Source: an uncultured delta proteobacterium (GTDB lineage: Bacteria; Desulfobacterota; Binatia; Bin18). From it: a stretch of DNA of 64,000 nt. Below, piece by piece: positions 20,529-33,405 of the stretch. The stretch covers positions 1 through 64,000 of the forward strand of contig CAVTCR010000071.1 of NCBI GenBank assembly GCA_963733195.1. The letters run 5' to 3'. The notes below the pieces were generated by a model. That model was not told the origin of the DNA and made no database searches. It saw only the letters and a list, made by a program, of their open reading frames with translations. The stretch's first letter is position 1. The number at the start of each line of letters is the position of its first letter. Position numbers and translations under genes: made by a program.

Positions 20529-20810
20529 TTATTTTTTCTCTCTGATCACACGGAGGCGAAGCTGTCTGGAGTAGTAGCGGATATAGGCAACTTCGATAAG
20601 GTCGTCGCGAACAATCCGGTATACGACACGATAGGTATTCTTGGCAGTTAAGAGGGATCGGTACCCTTGAAACGCATCAAACATCGCCGGTCCCAATTCG
20701 GGAAACTCGCGTAGCAGTTCGAGCTTGTTGATAATCTGATCTTGAGTGGCAGGAGGTAGCGCCTCCAGTTCTTTTTCGGCTCGCGGCAGCAACTTAATTC
20801 TTCTTGCCAC
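20529..20810 (-). CDS. RelE/ParE family toxin
   Basis: RIKLLPRAEKELEALP...LREFPELG...YRVVYRI; GTG start overlaps the antitoxin end. Confidence 0.88.
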   Translation of the reverse strand: MARRIKLLPRAEKELEALPPATQDQIINKLELLREFPELGPAMFDAFQGYRSLLTAKNTYRVVYRIVRDDLIEVAYIRYYSRQLRLRVIREKK

Positions 20811-21078
20811 GCTTGGCCCTTCTTGCTTGGAACTCGGCGAGTTCAATACCTTTGCCAGCGCGAGAATCACGTTCTGCCTCAGCTAACCGCTCACGCCAAT
20901 CCGGTTGGCTCATTTCCTCTAGCGTCGCAACCATCCCTTCGTAGTCTTCATAGTTCACCAGCAACGCGGCAGGCTTTCCTCGCTGGGTGATGATCACAGT
21001 GTCACGAGTATTCTTGACCCGTTCGACAATCTGCTTCGCCTGACTCTGTAATTCGGAGATAGGAATAATTGTTTCCAT
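20794..21078 (-). CDS. Phd/YefM family antitoxin
   Basis: IIPISEL...VIITQRGKPAALLVNYEDYE. Confidence 0.92.
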   Translation of the reverse strand: METIIPISELQSQAKQIVERVKNTRDTVIITQRGKPAALLVNYEDYEGMVATLEEMSQPDWRERLAEAERDSRAGKGIELAEFQARRAKRGKKN

Positions 21079-21270
21079 ACGTCCTTATTTACTCTTCGAT
21101 CACCTGAGTTGGTAGTACGTAGTCACGTGCTGCTTTGCAGCCTCTCTCGTCTCGTGGAAGTTCCTTCACCTTATGAGGATCAACTCCAGTATAGACTATA
21201 GACTGTGCTAGCGATCCTTTTGTTCGTTTTGGCAGTGGAGTTCTCCTCTTAAACTAGCGAAAAAACAAAA

Positions 21271-21298
21271 AGGGTGGGCAATGTCACATGCCCACCCT
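21271..21298 (-). terminator. Rho-independent terminator after the thiolase
   Basis: agggtgggca-N8-tgcccaccct hairpin followed by a T-run on the minus strand. Confidence 0.7.
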
Positions 21299-21336
21299 CT
21301 CATACAAGCTTTCTGCTGATCGCTGAAAGCTAACCG

Positions 21337-22478
21337 CTATTTGTTCGCCAGGATCGTCACACAGCCAACCGAACCCGGACCACCCAGGTTGTGCGCAAGC
21401 CCGACTTCAGCGTTCTTTACTTGGCGAGCGCCGGCTTTGTTCCACAGATGCTGCGACACTTCGTAGATCATACGAATGCCAGTGGCGCCAATCGGATGCC
21501 CGAAGGATTTGAGACCACCGGAAGGATTGACAGGGATCTCACCACCAATGGCGGCGCGGCCTTCCTCAACATATCTCCAGCCTTCACCTTTCTTGGCAAG
21601 GCCGAGGTCTTCAATGTTGAGGATTTCCGTAATCGTGAAGCAATCATGGCATTCGACGAGATCAATATCTTTCACCGTCATCCCAGACTGTTCATACGCG
21701 GATTGCGCCGCTTGCGCGGTAGCGGGAAACCCGGTGTACGCGAAACCAGGCTTCAGATACGGTTCACCTGAGGTGACGGCCAGACCAACGCCTTTCACAG
21801 GACCGGGTCAGGACGGAAAGATTTCGCCAGATCAGCGCGGCAAATAATCACCGCCGCCGCTCCATCCGTCGTCGGGCAGCAATCAAACAAGCCCGAGTGG
21901 ACTACAGATCATCGGCGCATTGATCACCTGATCTTCGGTGACTTCCATCTGGAAGTGCGCCTTCGGACTCATCGTGCCATTGTGGTGGTTCTTCATCGCC
22001 ACTTTGGCAAGGCGCGTTTGTCGATCCCATACGTTGAGAAATAGCGGTTCGCTGCCATCGCAAACAAAGATGGGGCCGTCGTTCCGTAGCCAACCACTGG
22101 ATGGTTGCCGAACGTGCCAAGCCCGCGCTGTCCGGAGTCACGCAGTTTTTCGAAACCAAGCGCGAGGACGACATCATACATCCCTGACGCAACCGCCATG
22201 CACGCGTTGCGGAAGGCATCCATGCCGGACGCGCAATAGTTTTCCACGCGGGTGATGGGAATATTGAACAGCTTCAGCGGATCAGCCAACGCGTTGCCGG
22301 CATTGGCGGAGCCGAGCGTCCCGACCCACGCCGCTTGAATCTGGCTCGGGTCAATCTTAGCGTCGGCATACGCATCAAAGGCCGCAGTGACAATCATGTC
22401 CTCGGCACTCATATCATAGTTTTCACCGAACTTACTGCAGCCAGCACCAATCACTGCCACTTTATCGCGAATGTTCAT
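21337..22478 (-). CDS. Thiolase, SCP2/PhlC-like (frameshifted)
   Basis: VAVIGAGCSKFG, ENYCASG, ECHDCFTITE, VNPSGGLKSFGHPIGATG. Confidence 0.9.
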
Positions 22479-22611
22479 CTCCTGCCTCCTTTCGAGGGAT
22501 ATGAGCAGCTATTAGTTATTAGCTCATCAGCTTTCAGCTAAGGTCAGACAAGAGGCGTTATGGCCTAGTCTTCCATAAGCTGAGATGCCATAAGCCACTA
22601 AGCTTGTTTCT

Positions 22612-24018
22612 CTATTTATTCACCGGTCGTGCTTTCCAGAAGTAATTCTTCAGTCCATAGCCTTCATGATACTTCCGGAACGTCAATTCCAACGGCATAC
22701 CGATCTGCACCCGTTCTGGTTCGCAATCGGTCAATTGAACATAGACGCGACCGCCACCATCAAGATCAATGACGACATGAGTTGTCGGCGGATCTGGGGT
22801 CTCGGTCAGATAGTCATGGGTAAAAGTAAAGAGCGTCCCTTTGCGTGGCAGTTTCACTTCTTGTAAGCCATCGCGATAACCACATTCAATACAAATGCGA
22901 TGGATAGGGAATTGGATCGTGTTACACTTCGGACATTTTCCCCCATGCAGCGGCAGGATTTCCTTCTGATCACGGAGGAGCACAACCGGCGTGGACACAT
23001 CCGTTGTCGTATAGTCTTTTTTCATCAATTTGCGGAAACGCGCGTATTTGCCATAGGAGGACAGCGTGCGTTTAATTTCAATTTGTGAAAAGACGCTGCG
23101 TACTGCTCTGAATCCAGCAATCGCATCAGTAACACGGAAGATCGGCGGCATCGCCACCATCACCATAGCCCACAGTAAAATCAGATCCCCAGGCTTCGCC
23201 CGTTCGAGCACCGCGGCAAGGAGAACCAGCGGCTGCGCCGTCCCAGCATCACCAATGGTGTTCCAGAAAGTGTCTTGCACTTGCGATTTGGCATCCAAAC
23301 CAAGCCCTTTCAGGACGGCTTGCAGCGTCCGTTGACTCGGTGCGGCAATCGCAGCATTGGCGATGTCTTTGGCGGTCAGATTACATTTTTTCAATACTCC
23401 CTGCACGGCTGCAGCGATGAAACGGTTGTAACCAAATTTCGTCTCGAATCCGCCCGGAAACGACTTGAGATAATCCTGCTCTTCGGTTCGCCAGGTACCA
23501 AGAAACTCTTGACTGATGGTATAGGTACCAACAACTTCAGCGAGCACATTCTCGGTCCCGACGAGAATAGCACCGCCGGCATCACCAAAAGTTTGTTCTT
23601 GTTGCGAATCAGGTTCACCCATGCGCGAATCACCAGAACAGACGAGAATGTTTTTGCCAGGCGGCACTAAATCAAGCGCGGTCAGCAACGCTGAGGTCCC
23701 GGCACGCAGGGTATCGGTGAAATCAATCGTGCGAATCTCCGCGCCTGCATCGAGCACGGTTGCCACCGTCACCGCAGCTTGCTTCTCTCGATACGGTGAA
23801 GTCGTCGAGGCAAAGAACACTCCAGCCAGCGACTGCGGATTACGATCGCCGAACGCATCAACTGCGGCATTCACTGCCAGTGTCAAACTGTCTTCATCAA
23901 AATTAGCGACCGTGCGTTCTCCACCAAGAGAGGCAATCCCCCACTCTTTCGCCATGACTTCGCGCGGAAGGCGATAGTTCGGAACATAGGTACCATAAGA
24001 AACAATGCCTGCTGCCAT
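22612..24018 (-). CDS. HMG-CoA-synthase-like domain fused to DUF35 Zn-ribbon/OB-fold
   Basis: GIVSYGTYVP..RL and DEDSLTLAV; CPKC..CIEC Zn ribbon; C-terminal LTFRK..YFWKARP. Confidence 0.88.
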   Translation of the reverse strand: MAAGIVSYGTYVPNYRLPREVMAKEWGIASLGGERTVANFDEDSLTLAVNAAVDAFGDRNPQSLAGVFFASTTSPYREKQAAVTVATVLDAGAEIRTIDFTDTLRAGTSALLTALDLVPPGKNILVCSGDSRMGEPDSQQEQTFGDAGGAILVGTENVLAEVVGTYTISQEFLGTWRTEEQDYLKSFPGGFETKFGYNRFIAAAVQGVLKKCNLTAKDIANAAIAAPSQRTLQAVLKGLGLDAKSQVQDTFWNTIGDAGTAQPLVLLAAVLERAKPGDLILLWAMVMVAMPPIFRVTDAIAGFRAVRSVFSQIEIKRTLSSYGKYARFRKLMKKDYTTTDVSTPVVLLRDQKEILPLHGGKCPKCNTIQFPIHRICIECGYRDGLQEVKLPRKGTLFTFTHDYLTETPDPPTTHVVIDLDGGGRVYVQLTDCEPERVQIGMPLELTFRKYHEGYGLKNYFWKARPVNK

Positions 24019-24123
24019 TCTTACACTCCCCAATGTCAGATTGTCAGTTGACTCTTAACGCATACAGACCTTTTGACTCTTGAGCCCACTTTGCATTCTA
24101 GCTCTTACTTGTCACGTTACTCA

Positions 24124-24918
24124 TCATTTAGTTGAGTCGACTCCCCGGATCCCGGCGCTCATCGCACATCCATCAACTTGTAGGTTGGCTCCGCTGATAT
24201 AGCTTGACGCGTCAGACGCCAAAAATACACACGGCCACGCAATTTCAAGACCGGTGCCAAACCGTTTGAGTGCGGTCGCACCGGCTGCGCGATGTTGCAG
24301 CTCCTTGGTTGGCCACAGCACTTCCATCACTCCTGGGGTTTCAATTGGTCCCGGCGAAATACAATTCACCCGGATATTGTACGGAGCCCATTCAATCGCC
24401 AGAGAGCGAGTCAGGTTGATGACACCTGCCTTTGCTGCACCATAGTGACTCATAGTCGCCGCACCAGACACTCCAGAGTCGGAGGAAATGTTGATGATAT
24501 TCCCGCCAGTTTTTTTCTCCATCATGACTTTGGCGACAGCACGGGAGAAATTAAACGTGCCATTCAGGTTGATCGCCACAATCGTGGCAAATCCGTTAGG
24601 AGAAATATCATGCGCATGGGCCACAAAACTGGCGCCCGCATTGTTGATCAGAACGTCAATACGACCCCACAGGTCAATTGTTTTCTTCACGACGGCTTCG
24701 ACTTGATCGTTCTGGCGCACATCACAGGCCATCGTCTCAATAGTCCCACCATCTTTGCGAATGCCTTCAGCTACAGGTCCAACGTGATCCATCGTGCGGC
24801 TAGTAACAATGACTTTCGCGCCCCGATGACAGAATTCGCGGGCAATATCGGCACCAATTCCCGTGCCGCCGCCAGTGACGATCGTTACTTTGCCACTAAT
24901 ATCGAATGCATCAGCCAT
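24124..24918 (-). CDS. Short-chain dehydrogenase/reductase (2,4-dienoyl-CoA reductase-like)
   Basis: TGGGTGIG, NNAG, YGAAK, RVNCISPGPI. Confidence 0.92.
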   Translation of the reverse strand: MADAFDISGKVTIVTGGGTGIGADIAREFCHRGAKVIVTSRTMDHVGPVAEGIRKDGGTIETMACDVRQNDQVEAVVKKTIDLWGRIDVLINNAGASFVAHAHDISPNGFATIVAINLNGTFNFSRAVAKVMMEKKTGGNIINISSDSGVSGAATMSHYGAAKAGVINLTRSLAIEWAPYNIRVNCISPGPIETPGVMEVLWPTKELQHRAAGATALKRFGTGLEIAWPCVFLASDASSYISGANLQVDGCAMSAGIRGVDSTK

Positions 24919-25035
24919 TTCTTTTGTTCCTTCATCACAAAGTCAGTAACGAGAACCGAACTTCGAGCGCCGAGTTCAGAAAGGTGGCACTCCTTTACTC
25001 GGACCGCAGGCCTCACAGCTCAGGGCTTCTTCTCG

Positions 25036-26091
25036 TTACCCAATGCTCGGCAGCCACGTCTTACCGCCATCGGTTGTGTGCAAAATTGTTCCGTAGCCGC
25101 CGACGATCCAGCCGCTGTTCTCATCGAAGAAATCGACCGAGCGGAACCATGTCACTGCCCGCAACACCGAGAGGTGCTGGTTTCCACTCACCATCTGTTA
25201 ATCGCAACACGCGACCAGCTCGCACCGACGATCCAGCCGTCGGTGCTTCCCACCCACCGCGGGGCATACAAGGGATCGGTTGATGTCGCAGCAAGCTCTT
25301 GCGCAATGAACGTCCACGTTTTTCCCGCATCAGTTGTCTTGGCGATCTTGCCTTCAAGGCCAACGACAATCCCCTCTGTCGCATTGACAAAACGCACTCC
25401 GAACCACGTCGGCAGATTCAGCGCATCGGTAATCCCAGCTTGTCCAAGAAGCGCGTTTTGCTGCTCTGTCCAAGTCGCGCCACCGTCCACAGAGTGATAG
25501 ATCTTGCCAAACTCTCCAACCATCCACCCAGTTTTCTCGTCCACAAAATGGACATCATAGAGCGTTGGGTCATTCATCGCCAATGTGGCGTCTTCGCTTA
25601 CGCCTTCGAGCGAGACCTCGACCCGCCCTTCTTCCCAGGTTGCGCCGCCGTCAGTTGTTCGCAGATGTGTGGCTTGTTGTCCCACTGCCCAGCCATGAGT
25701 CTTGTCAAGAAACCACAGCGCAAAGATAGGGATAGGGAACACCGGTATTTTGCTTTTGCCAGCTTTCGCCGCCATCTGCGGTGTGGAGAATGAGCCCATC
25801 TTGCCCACTAATCCAGCCATTCTGTGCATCGACAAATTGTACATTATAAAGCGCAAGTTCAGTGCCGCTAGGTTTAGCTTTCCAGGTTCTCCCGCCGTCT
25901 GTCGTCATCAGGATCTTTCCCCCGTAGCCAACGACGAGTGCTTTCTCGGGCGAGAGAGCTTTCACATCGTAGAACTTATCGGCAACGCCTGTCAGCGGGG
26001 CTTTAAGTGGTACATCCTTGATGTCTTGATGGCAGGCCGTGAAGAGAACGAGCAATAGCAGCCAGGGTCGGGCTTGGAAACTAACGTGCAT
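25036..26091 (-). CDS. YCF48/BNR-repeat beta-propeller lipoprotein (frameshifted)
   Basis: Lipobox LFTAC; repeated T.DGG.TW and GW.VG motifs. Confidence 0.85.
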
Positions 26092-26257
26092 ACAATAAGT
26101 GCTTCCCTCGGCAGCGGAAATTCCCTCACTCTGTACCCGCTTGCCCACCACTTTGCAATGAGCCCTGGAGCAAAGCGGCATCCCCCTAGGAGTGCAACAG
26201 CAGCATGGTATAATCCGCGCAACTTTTGACAACCAGTGATGTCAAGAGGGGAAAGCC

Positions 26258-28491
<2,234 letters not shown>

Positions 28492-28496
28492 TGAAG

Positions 28497-28646
28497 GGCT
28501 GGACGGAAGCGGCAGATATGATCATCAACTCACTCGATAGAACAATTGGCGAAAAGATCGTGACCTACGATTTCGCCCGTCTCATGCAAGGTGCCAAAAA
28601 GGTGAAGTGCTCACAGTTCGGCGATGCACTGATTGCACGGATGTAG
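28497..28646 (+). pseudogene. 3' remnant of a dimeric (E. coli-type) isocitrate dehydrogenase gene
   Basis: Hand translation [49 protein letters not shown], matching the dimeric IDH C-terminus (GWTEAAD...VTYDF.RLM.GA...KCS.FGDA). Confidence 0.9.
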
Positions 28647-28745
28647 ATATGAGAGAGGCTGGGCAACGTTCCAGCCTTTTCCTTTACGGGGGCATGGGAG
28701 CAATTTGTTGACAAGTGAACAATTTCTCCAAGGAAGGAAGGGACG

Positions 28746-30065
28746 ATGCGCAAGTTCGGGGGAAGGGTGGCGATAGTGGTAGCAGCATGCCTGCTGCTAG
28801 GAGAGGGCAAAGCCCAAGCCAAGTTTGGGATTCCTGACGATGTTCCGGCCTCAACGTTGTTATACCCATTCTTCAAAGTCGATCCGACTCCGAGTGCGAC
28901 TGATCGGCAAGATTCGTTGATCGTGATTACCAATACGGCCAATCCACAGGTGGCGTTAGCCGCAGTGGGAAGCAGTGCAGAGCACACATGGGTCCATATC
29001 ACAGTGTGGAGTGCGAAGTCGCAGCATGTGTATGACTTTAGCGTACGATTGACGCCACACGATGTGTTTTCGTGCAGTTTGTTAGACTTACTGGTGAATC
29101 CTGACAATCTAGAGAAGCCCTGTGGGGTATTGCAAGCGCCGCTGGGGGTGATTGACCAACTGAAGGTAGGGGACATCTTGGTGGGGTATGTGACGGCGGA
29201 TATCGTGATGGGGCCAACCTCGTTATTTCCAGGACAGGTGGACTATCCGTTTCTGGATTGGAATATCCTGGTGGGACACTTGTACTTAGTGAATTTACCG
29301 GCGGGGTCGGCAACGGGGTTCAACGCGGTGAGTATCGAGAGCGTCATAGGCATATTCGGGCTTCCTGGAGCAACCTTTGCCTCTCTTGCCACCGGCAATG
29401 CTAACCTACGCGGCATTGGGCATCCGGCAATGTTCACGCCTAGTCAGTTGGATATTGGGTTCTATCGTAATCGGTGTATCGAGGAACAGGGACCAGTAGC
29501 GAACTGTCTGGCAGACACGTCCCCCACTGGCTACGATGCGCGTGAGCGGATTGATGGGCCTAGTGGAGATGCCGCACAGACCTTCACTGCTGCGATTCCA
29601 GTGTCGAGCGCCTCGGAGTCTCCCACAGCGTTACTCATACGGTACTTTTCAGCGCCCGCGCTCAATGGGAGTTCGGAAGTGTGGTTATGGAAGGATCGTG
29701 TGACCAGTGGGCCGGCGGCCAGCGTGAGCGTGGCGGTGTATGACGAGGATGAGAATCCGCATTCGGTCACGTTCGCGTTGCCGGATGAAGTAAACTTCGC
29801 CAAGACAGCGGACATCATCTCACCGGGGGTGCCGGGTGGATGGTTTCGCATTCGCTTCACCTGTGGACCGTTTGGGTACTGCGGAAACAACCCACTTGAT
29901 CCGACGACATGGACAGGCAGCGGGGGAACGTTGCGAACACCGATTCAAGCGGTGGCGTACTCGTTACAATTTGCCAACAGTCAAGATGCAACACTCAGGT
30001 GGGATGCCGTCTTCCCATCGTACCGGCAATACACAGACTACATTGGAGGAACGGCGGCGGAATAA
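28746..30065 (+). CDS. Secreted hypothetical protein (439 aa)
   Basis: Intact ORF with RBS and signal peptide (AQA cleavage); N-terminal DDVPASTLLYPFF.VD; three cysteine pairs. Confidence 0.8.
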   Translation: MRKFGGRVAIVVAACLLLGEGKAQAKFGIPDDVPASTLLYPFFKVDPTPSATDRQDSLIVITNTANPQVALAAVGSSAEHTWVHITVWSAKSQHVYDFSVRLTPHDVFSCSLLDLLVNPDNLEKPCGVLQAPLGVIDQLKVGDILVGYVTADIVMGPTSLFPGQVDYPFLDWNILVGHLYLVNLPAGSATGFNAVSIESVIGIFGLPGATFASLATGNANLRGIGHPAMFTPSQLDIGFYRNRCIEEQGPVANCLADTSPTGYDARERIDGPSGDAAQTFTAAIPVSSASESPTALLIRYFSAPALNGSSEVWLWKDRVTSGPAASVSVAVYDEDENPHSVTFALPDEVNFAKTADIISPGVPGGWFRIRFTCGPFGYCGNNPLDPTTWTGSGGTLRTPIQAVAYSLQFANSQDATLRWDAVFPSYRQYTDYIGGTAAE

Positions 30066-30365
30066 GGTTTATCTTCAGTTTCTCCTCATTTCCCTCTTCT
30101 GTTTGGTGGAAGAGGGAAATGAGATTTCTTCTAATTCTTTTTCTCACACGCGGTATCCCTTTCCTATTCTGGCCGCTTGATCGTCTTTATTGATACGAAC
30201 CACACACATTGGCACACTTACCAAAACCGCGTATGCTTCGACTTCGCCCTCTGGGCGTAGCCTGTCCTGAGCTGTCGAAGGGCTCAGCATGAGTGGTGTT
30301 GTATAGCACCTAAAGACGTTGTGTAGTGTGAGGGAGTCGCCCAGTCGAATAGGAAACAGAAACCT

Positions 30366-30923
30366 ATGCTAGACGAATATCCCAAAGAGATTGTCCTCAA
30401 AGACGGAACATCGGTCACGTTGCGCCCTTTAGAACGTGACGATGCCGATGCGTTGATTGCCTTCTTTCAGCAGGTGCCCGCAGATGACCGCTGGTATTTG
30501 CGTCATGACGTGACTGATCCGGCGGTCGTTCGTGGTTGGACGGCAGAGATCAATTACGAACGGGTGATTCCAATTGTCGCGCTCTGTGAAGGGCGGGTTG
30601 TCGGGGATGCCACGCTCCATCGTCATCGCCACGGTAGTAGCGTTCATGTCGGTGAGGTTCGCCTGGTGATTGACCCCGCAGTGCGCGCGACACGCCTGGG
30701 CACGTGGATGCTACTCGATATCATCCAACTCGCCACTCGGCTTGGATTAGAAAAACTAGTGGCAGAAATTGCCAGCAAAGAGACTGCCGCGATACGTGCA
30801 TTGCGTCACCTTGACTTCGTCCGCGAGGCGGTCATTCCTGAAATACACAAGGATGCCGGCGGAAATCCCTACGACTTAATCATCATGGTCAAGAACCTGG
30901 CTCCTGCGTGGACGGATTTTTGA
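30366..30923 (+). CDS. GNAT N-acetyltransferase
   Basis: LKDGTSVTLRPL and VIDPAVRATRLGTWML (motif A variant). Confidence 0.85.
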   Translation: MLDEYPKEIVLKDGTSVTLRPLERDDADALIAFFQQVPADDRWYLRHDVTDPAVVRGWTAEINYERVIPIVALCEGRVVGDATLHRHRHGSSVHVGEVRLVIDPAVRATRLGTWMLLDIIQLATRLGLEKLVAEIASKETAAIRALRHLDFVREAVIPEIHKDAGGNPYDLIIMVKNLAPAWTDF

Positions 30924-30938
30924 AGACACGCGGAATGT

Positions 30939-31622
30939 TTGATGATGCATGACGGATCTACAGAAGTGAGGACCGACAGTCGTGTGAACTCGCATCCGAT
31001 ACCACGCGAACAGACACTGCCATCGCCACACGGACCATTGCGAATTGTGAGTGCCTGCTCCCCGGATGCATTGCGAATGATGTCGTTGGATGCAGGTATT
31101 GGACGGTTCGCACGCTATCGTTCTATTATTTCGGGCACCGCTACACTCGAGAAAGTCGCGGCCTTTCCCGACGCCAACGTGACGGTTGCGCTCTCACCGA
31201 CCCAACAAATTGTAGGATACATTGAATGTAGCTATCCCGACGCGGTCGAAGGCTGGCGAGATAATGCAGATGGGTTGTGCTACGAACTCGGCGCGATTGA
31301 AGTGAGCCGCAACTGGCGCCGCCTGGGCATCGCGCAGGCAATGGTCGCGACGATTCTCGCCGACGAATTTATTGAAACTAAGGTCTTCTTTCTCACTGGG
31401 TATTCGTGGCACTGGGACACCGATCAAACTGGATTGTCAATCTACGCCTATCGTAACATGCTGGTGCGCCTGTTTCGGCCATTCGGATTCCAGGTCTACC
31501 TGACCAATAACCCAGAAATCAGAATGTCCTCCGCGAATGTGTTGATGGCGCGTATTGGTCGTTACATCACTGCTCAGCAGCGAGAACGCTTTCAGAAAAT
31601 ACTCTTCACATTTGAACCGTGA
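30939..31622 (+). CDS. acuA: AcuA-like protein lysine acetyltransferase
   Basis: ELGAIEVS..WR..GIA, YSWHWD, TNNPEI and ANVLMARIG resemble Bacillus AcuA motifs. Confidence 0.75.
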   Translation: MMMHDGSTEVRTDSRVNSHPIPREQTLPSPHGPLRIVSACSPDALRMMSLDAGIGRFARYRSIISGTATLEKVAAFPDANVTVALSPTQQIVGYIECSYPDAVEGWRDNADGLCYELGAIEVSRNWRRLGIAQAMVATILADEFIETKVFFLTGYSWHWDTDQTGLSIYAYRNMLVRLFRPFGFQVYLTNNPEIRMSSANVLMARIGRYITAQQRERFQKILFTFEP

Positions 31623-31755
31623 GGTTTGCGTGCAACGCTGGTACGCTAGCGAGTAATGCATCAGTGCGAGGAGTATGAGCGACGAAGCAATCCCTAGGTG
31701 AATGGTCACCATACCCAAAGATAGGTAGGTGACCAGAAAATTTCAGGGAATGCCC

Positions 31756-31782
31756 TGTAGTATTACAGGTTCCTACCGAAAT
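31756..31782 (+). promoter_or_regulatory. Sigma28-like promoter motif
   Basis: TGTAG-N14-ACCGAAAT upstream of the REC-PP2C gene. Confidence 0.5.
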
Positions 31783-31997
31783 GCTTTGTAGCAGCACACA
31801 GTAAGGATGGTACACACTTTGGTACCCAACTCTGGGCTGAGTACGGATCGAAAGACATAAGGTGGGGAAGTCAGCACGCATCACTGTCAGTCCAATCGCC
31901 TGATCAAAGATCAGCAGCATTGATCTCAAAAGGCTCAGGGGAGGCGGAGAGTTAATCACAGAAAGTGAATACCGCCTGAGATGTTACGTGCGATACT

Positions 31998-33183
31998 ATG
32001 CGAATCTTGGTTGCCGACGATGTCGCTGTCAATAGATTTCTTCTGGCAAGCACGCTTGAACGCTGGGGACACTCGGTTGTGTCTGTTGCCGATGGTGTTG
32101 AGGCGTGGGAAGCCTTACAGAAGGAGCAATTTTCTTTCGTTGTGAGCGATTGGATGATGCCACGGATGAGCGGTGTGGAGCTGTGTCGCCGGATTCGCAC
32201 AGCGCACTTCCCGTCCTACATCTATGTGATCTTGCTGACTTCATTAGGGCGGTCCAACGAAATTGTCGAAGGGCTTGAGGCCGGCGCAGATGATTTCGTG
32301 CATAAGCCCTTTAATGAAAACGAGTTACGAGCGCGGTTACAGGCAGGAGAACGTGTGGTCGCACTTGAACGCGGGCTCTTAGAAAGCCATGCGCAGCTGA
32401 AACAAGCCTATGCCACGTTACAGGAGGATTTAGTCGCAGCTTCACAAATGCAGCGTGAATTGCTCCCTCTGCCGAACGTCACGATTCCAGGCCTCAACTG
32501 TGCGTGGTTTTTTTGTCCTCACACTTTCGTTGCAGGAGATGCGTTTAATGTGCATCGACTCGATGAACAGCACGTCGGATTCTATACCATAGATGTTGCC
32601 GGCCATGGGGTTGCGGCAGCCATGCAATCGGTCACCCTGAGTCGCCTTCTTTCTCCCCTTCCGGGGCAAGATTCATTCCTGAAGCTTACCATTCCCGAAC
32701 CTCCTCACTATATTCTTCACTCACCAGAAGTCGTGGTTCGCAATCTGAATGCTCGCTTCCAATCCGATACAGATACCATGCGTTACTTTACGATGGTGTA
32801 CGGAATCTTGGATCTTGCCAGTAATCGGGTGCGACTCACGCAAGCTGGGCATCCCTCACCACTTCACCAACGAGGCCGAACGGTTACCCCCATTGGCTCG
32901 GGCGGTTACCCTGTCGGGATTCTCCCCGGAGTAGAGTATGAGTATCATGAATTTGACCTTTTCCGTGGAGACCGGTTGGTTTTGTACTCGGATGGAGTTA
33001 CAGAATGTAGCAATCCTCAGGACACCGAGTTTTCTGGTCGAACGGTTAGCCGCCTCACTGCGCGACAAGAGTACAGCCCCCTTACAGAGAACAATTAGTG
33101 AAATTGAAAGCGACCTTCGCCAATGGCGGGGTGGGGGCACGTTCGAGGATGACGTCACCCTGTTCGCAATCGAGCGACAGTAG
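31998..33183 (+). CDS. Response regulator with SpoIIE/PP2C phosphatase output (frameshift near 33045)
   Basis: REC domain; VAGDAF, IDVAGHG, QAGHP, LYSDGVTE, EDDVT. Confidence 0.92.
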
Positions 33184-33405
33184 TGGCCCTCCGGCACTGA
33201 TAGCGCCTTGTCCGGAACCACAGGCCAGTTGATCCTTTCCGACGAAGGCGCACTAAAAATGAAGCCGGCACTCCCAGCAGTTGACGGTGAGCAGGATGTG
33301 CCTAAAGCGGGATAATGCCACCTCCACATGCACATGCGGGAGATCCAGGTGTGTCACGCGAAATAGAATGAAGCCAATTAAAGAGAGCCATAATATACTT
33401 TTCCG

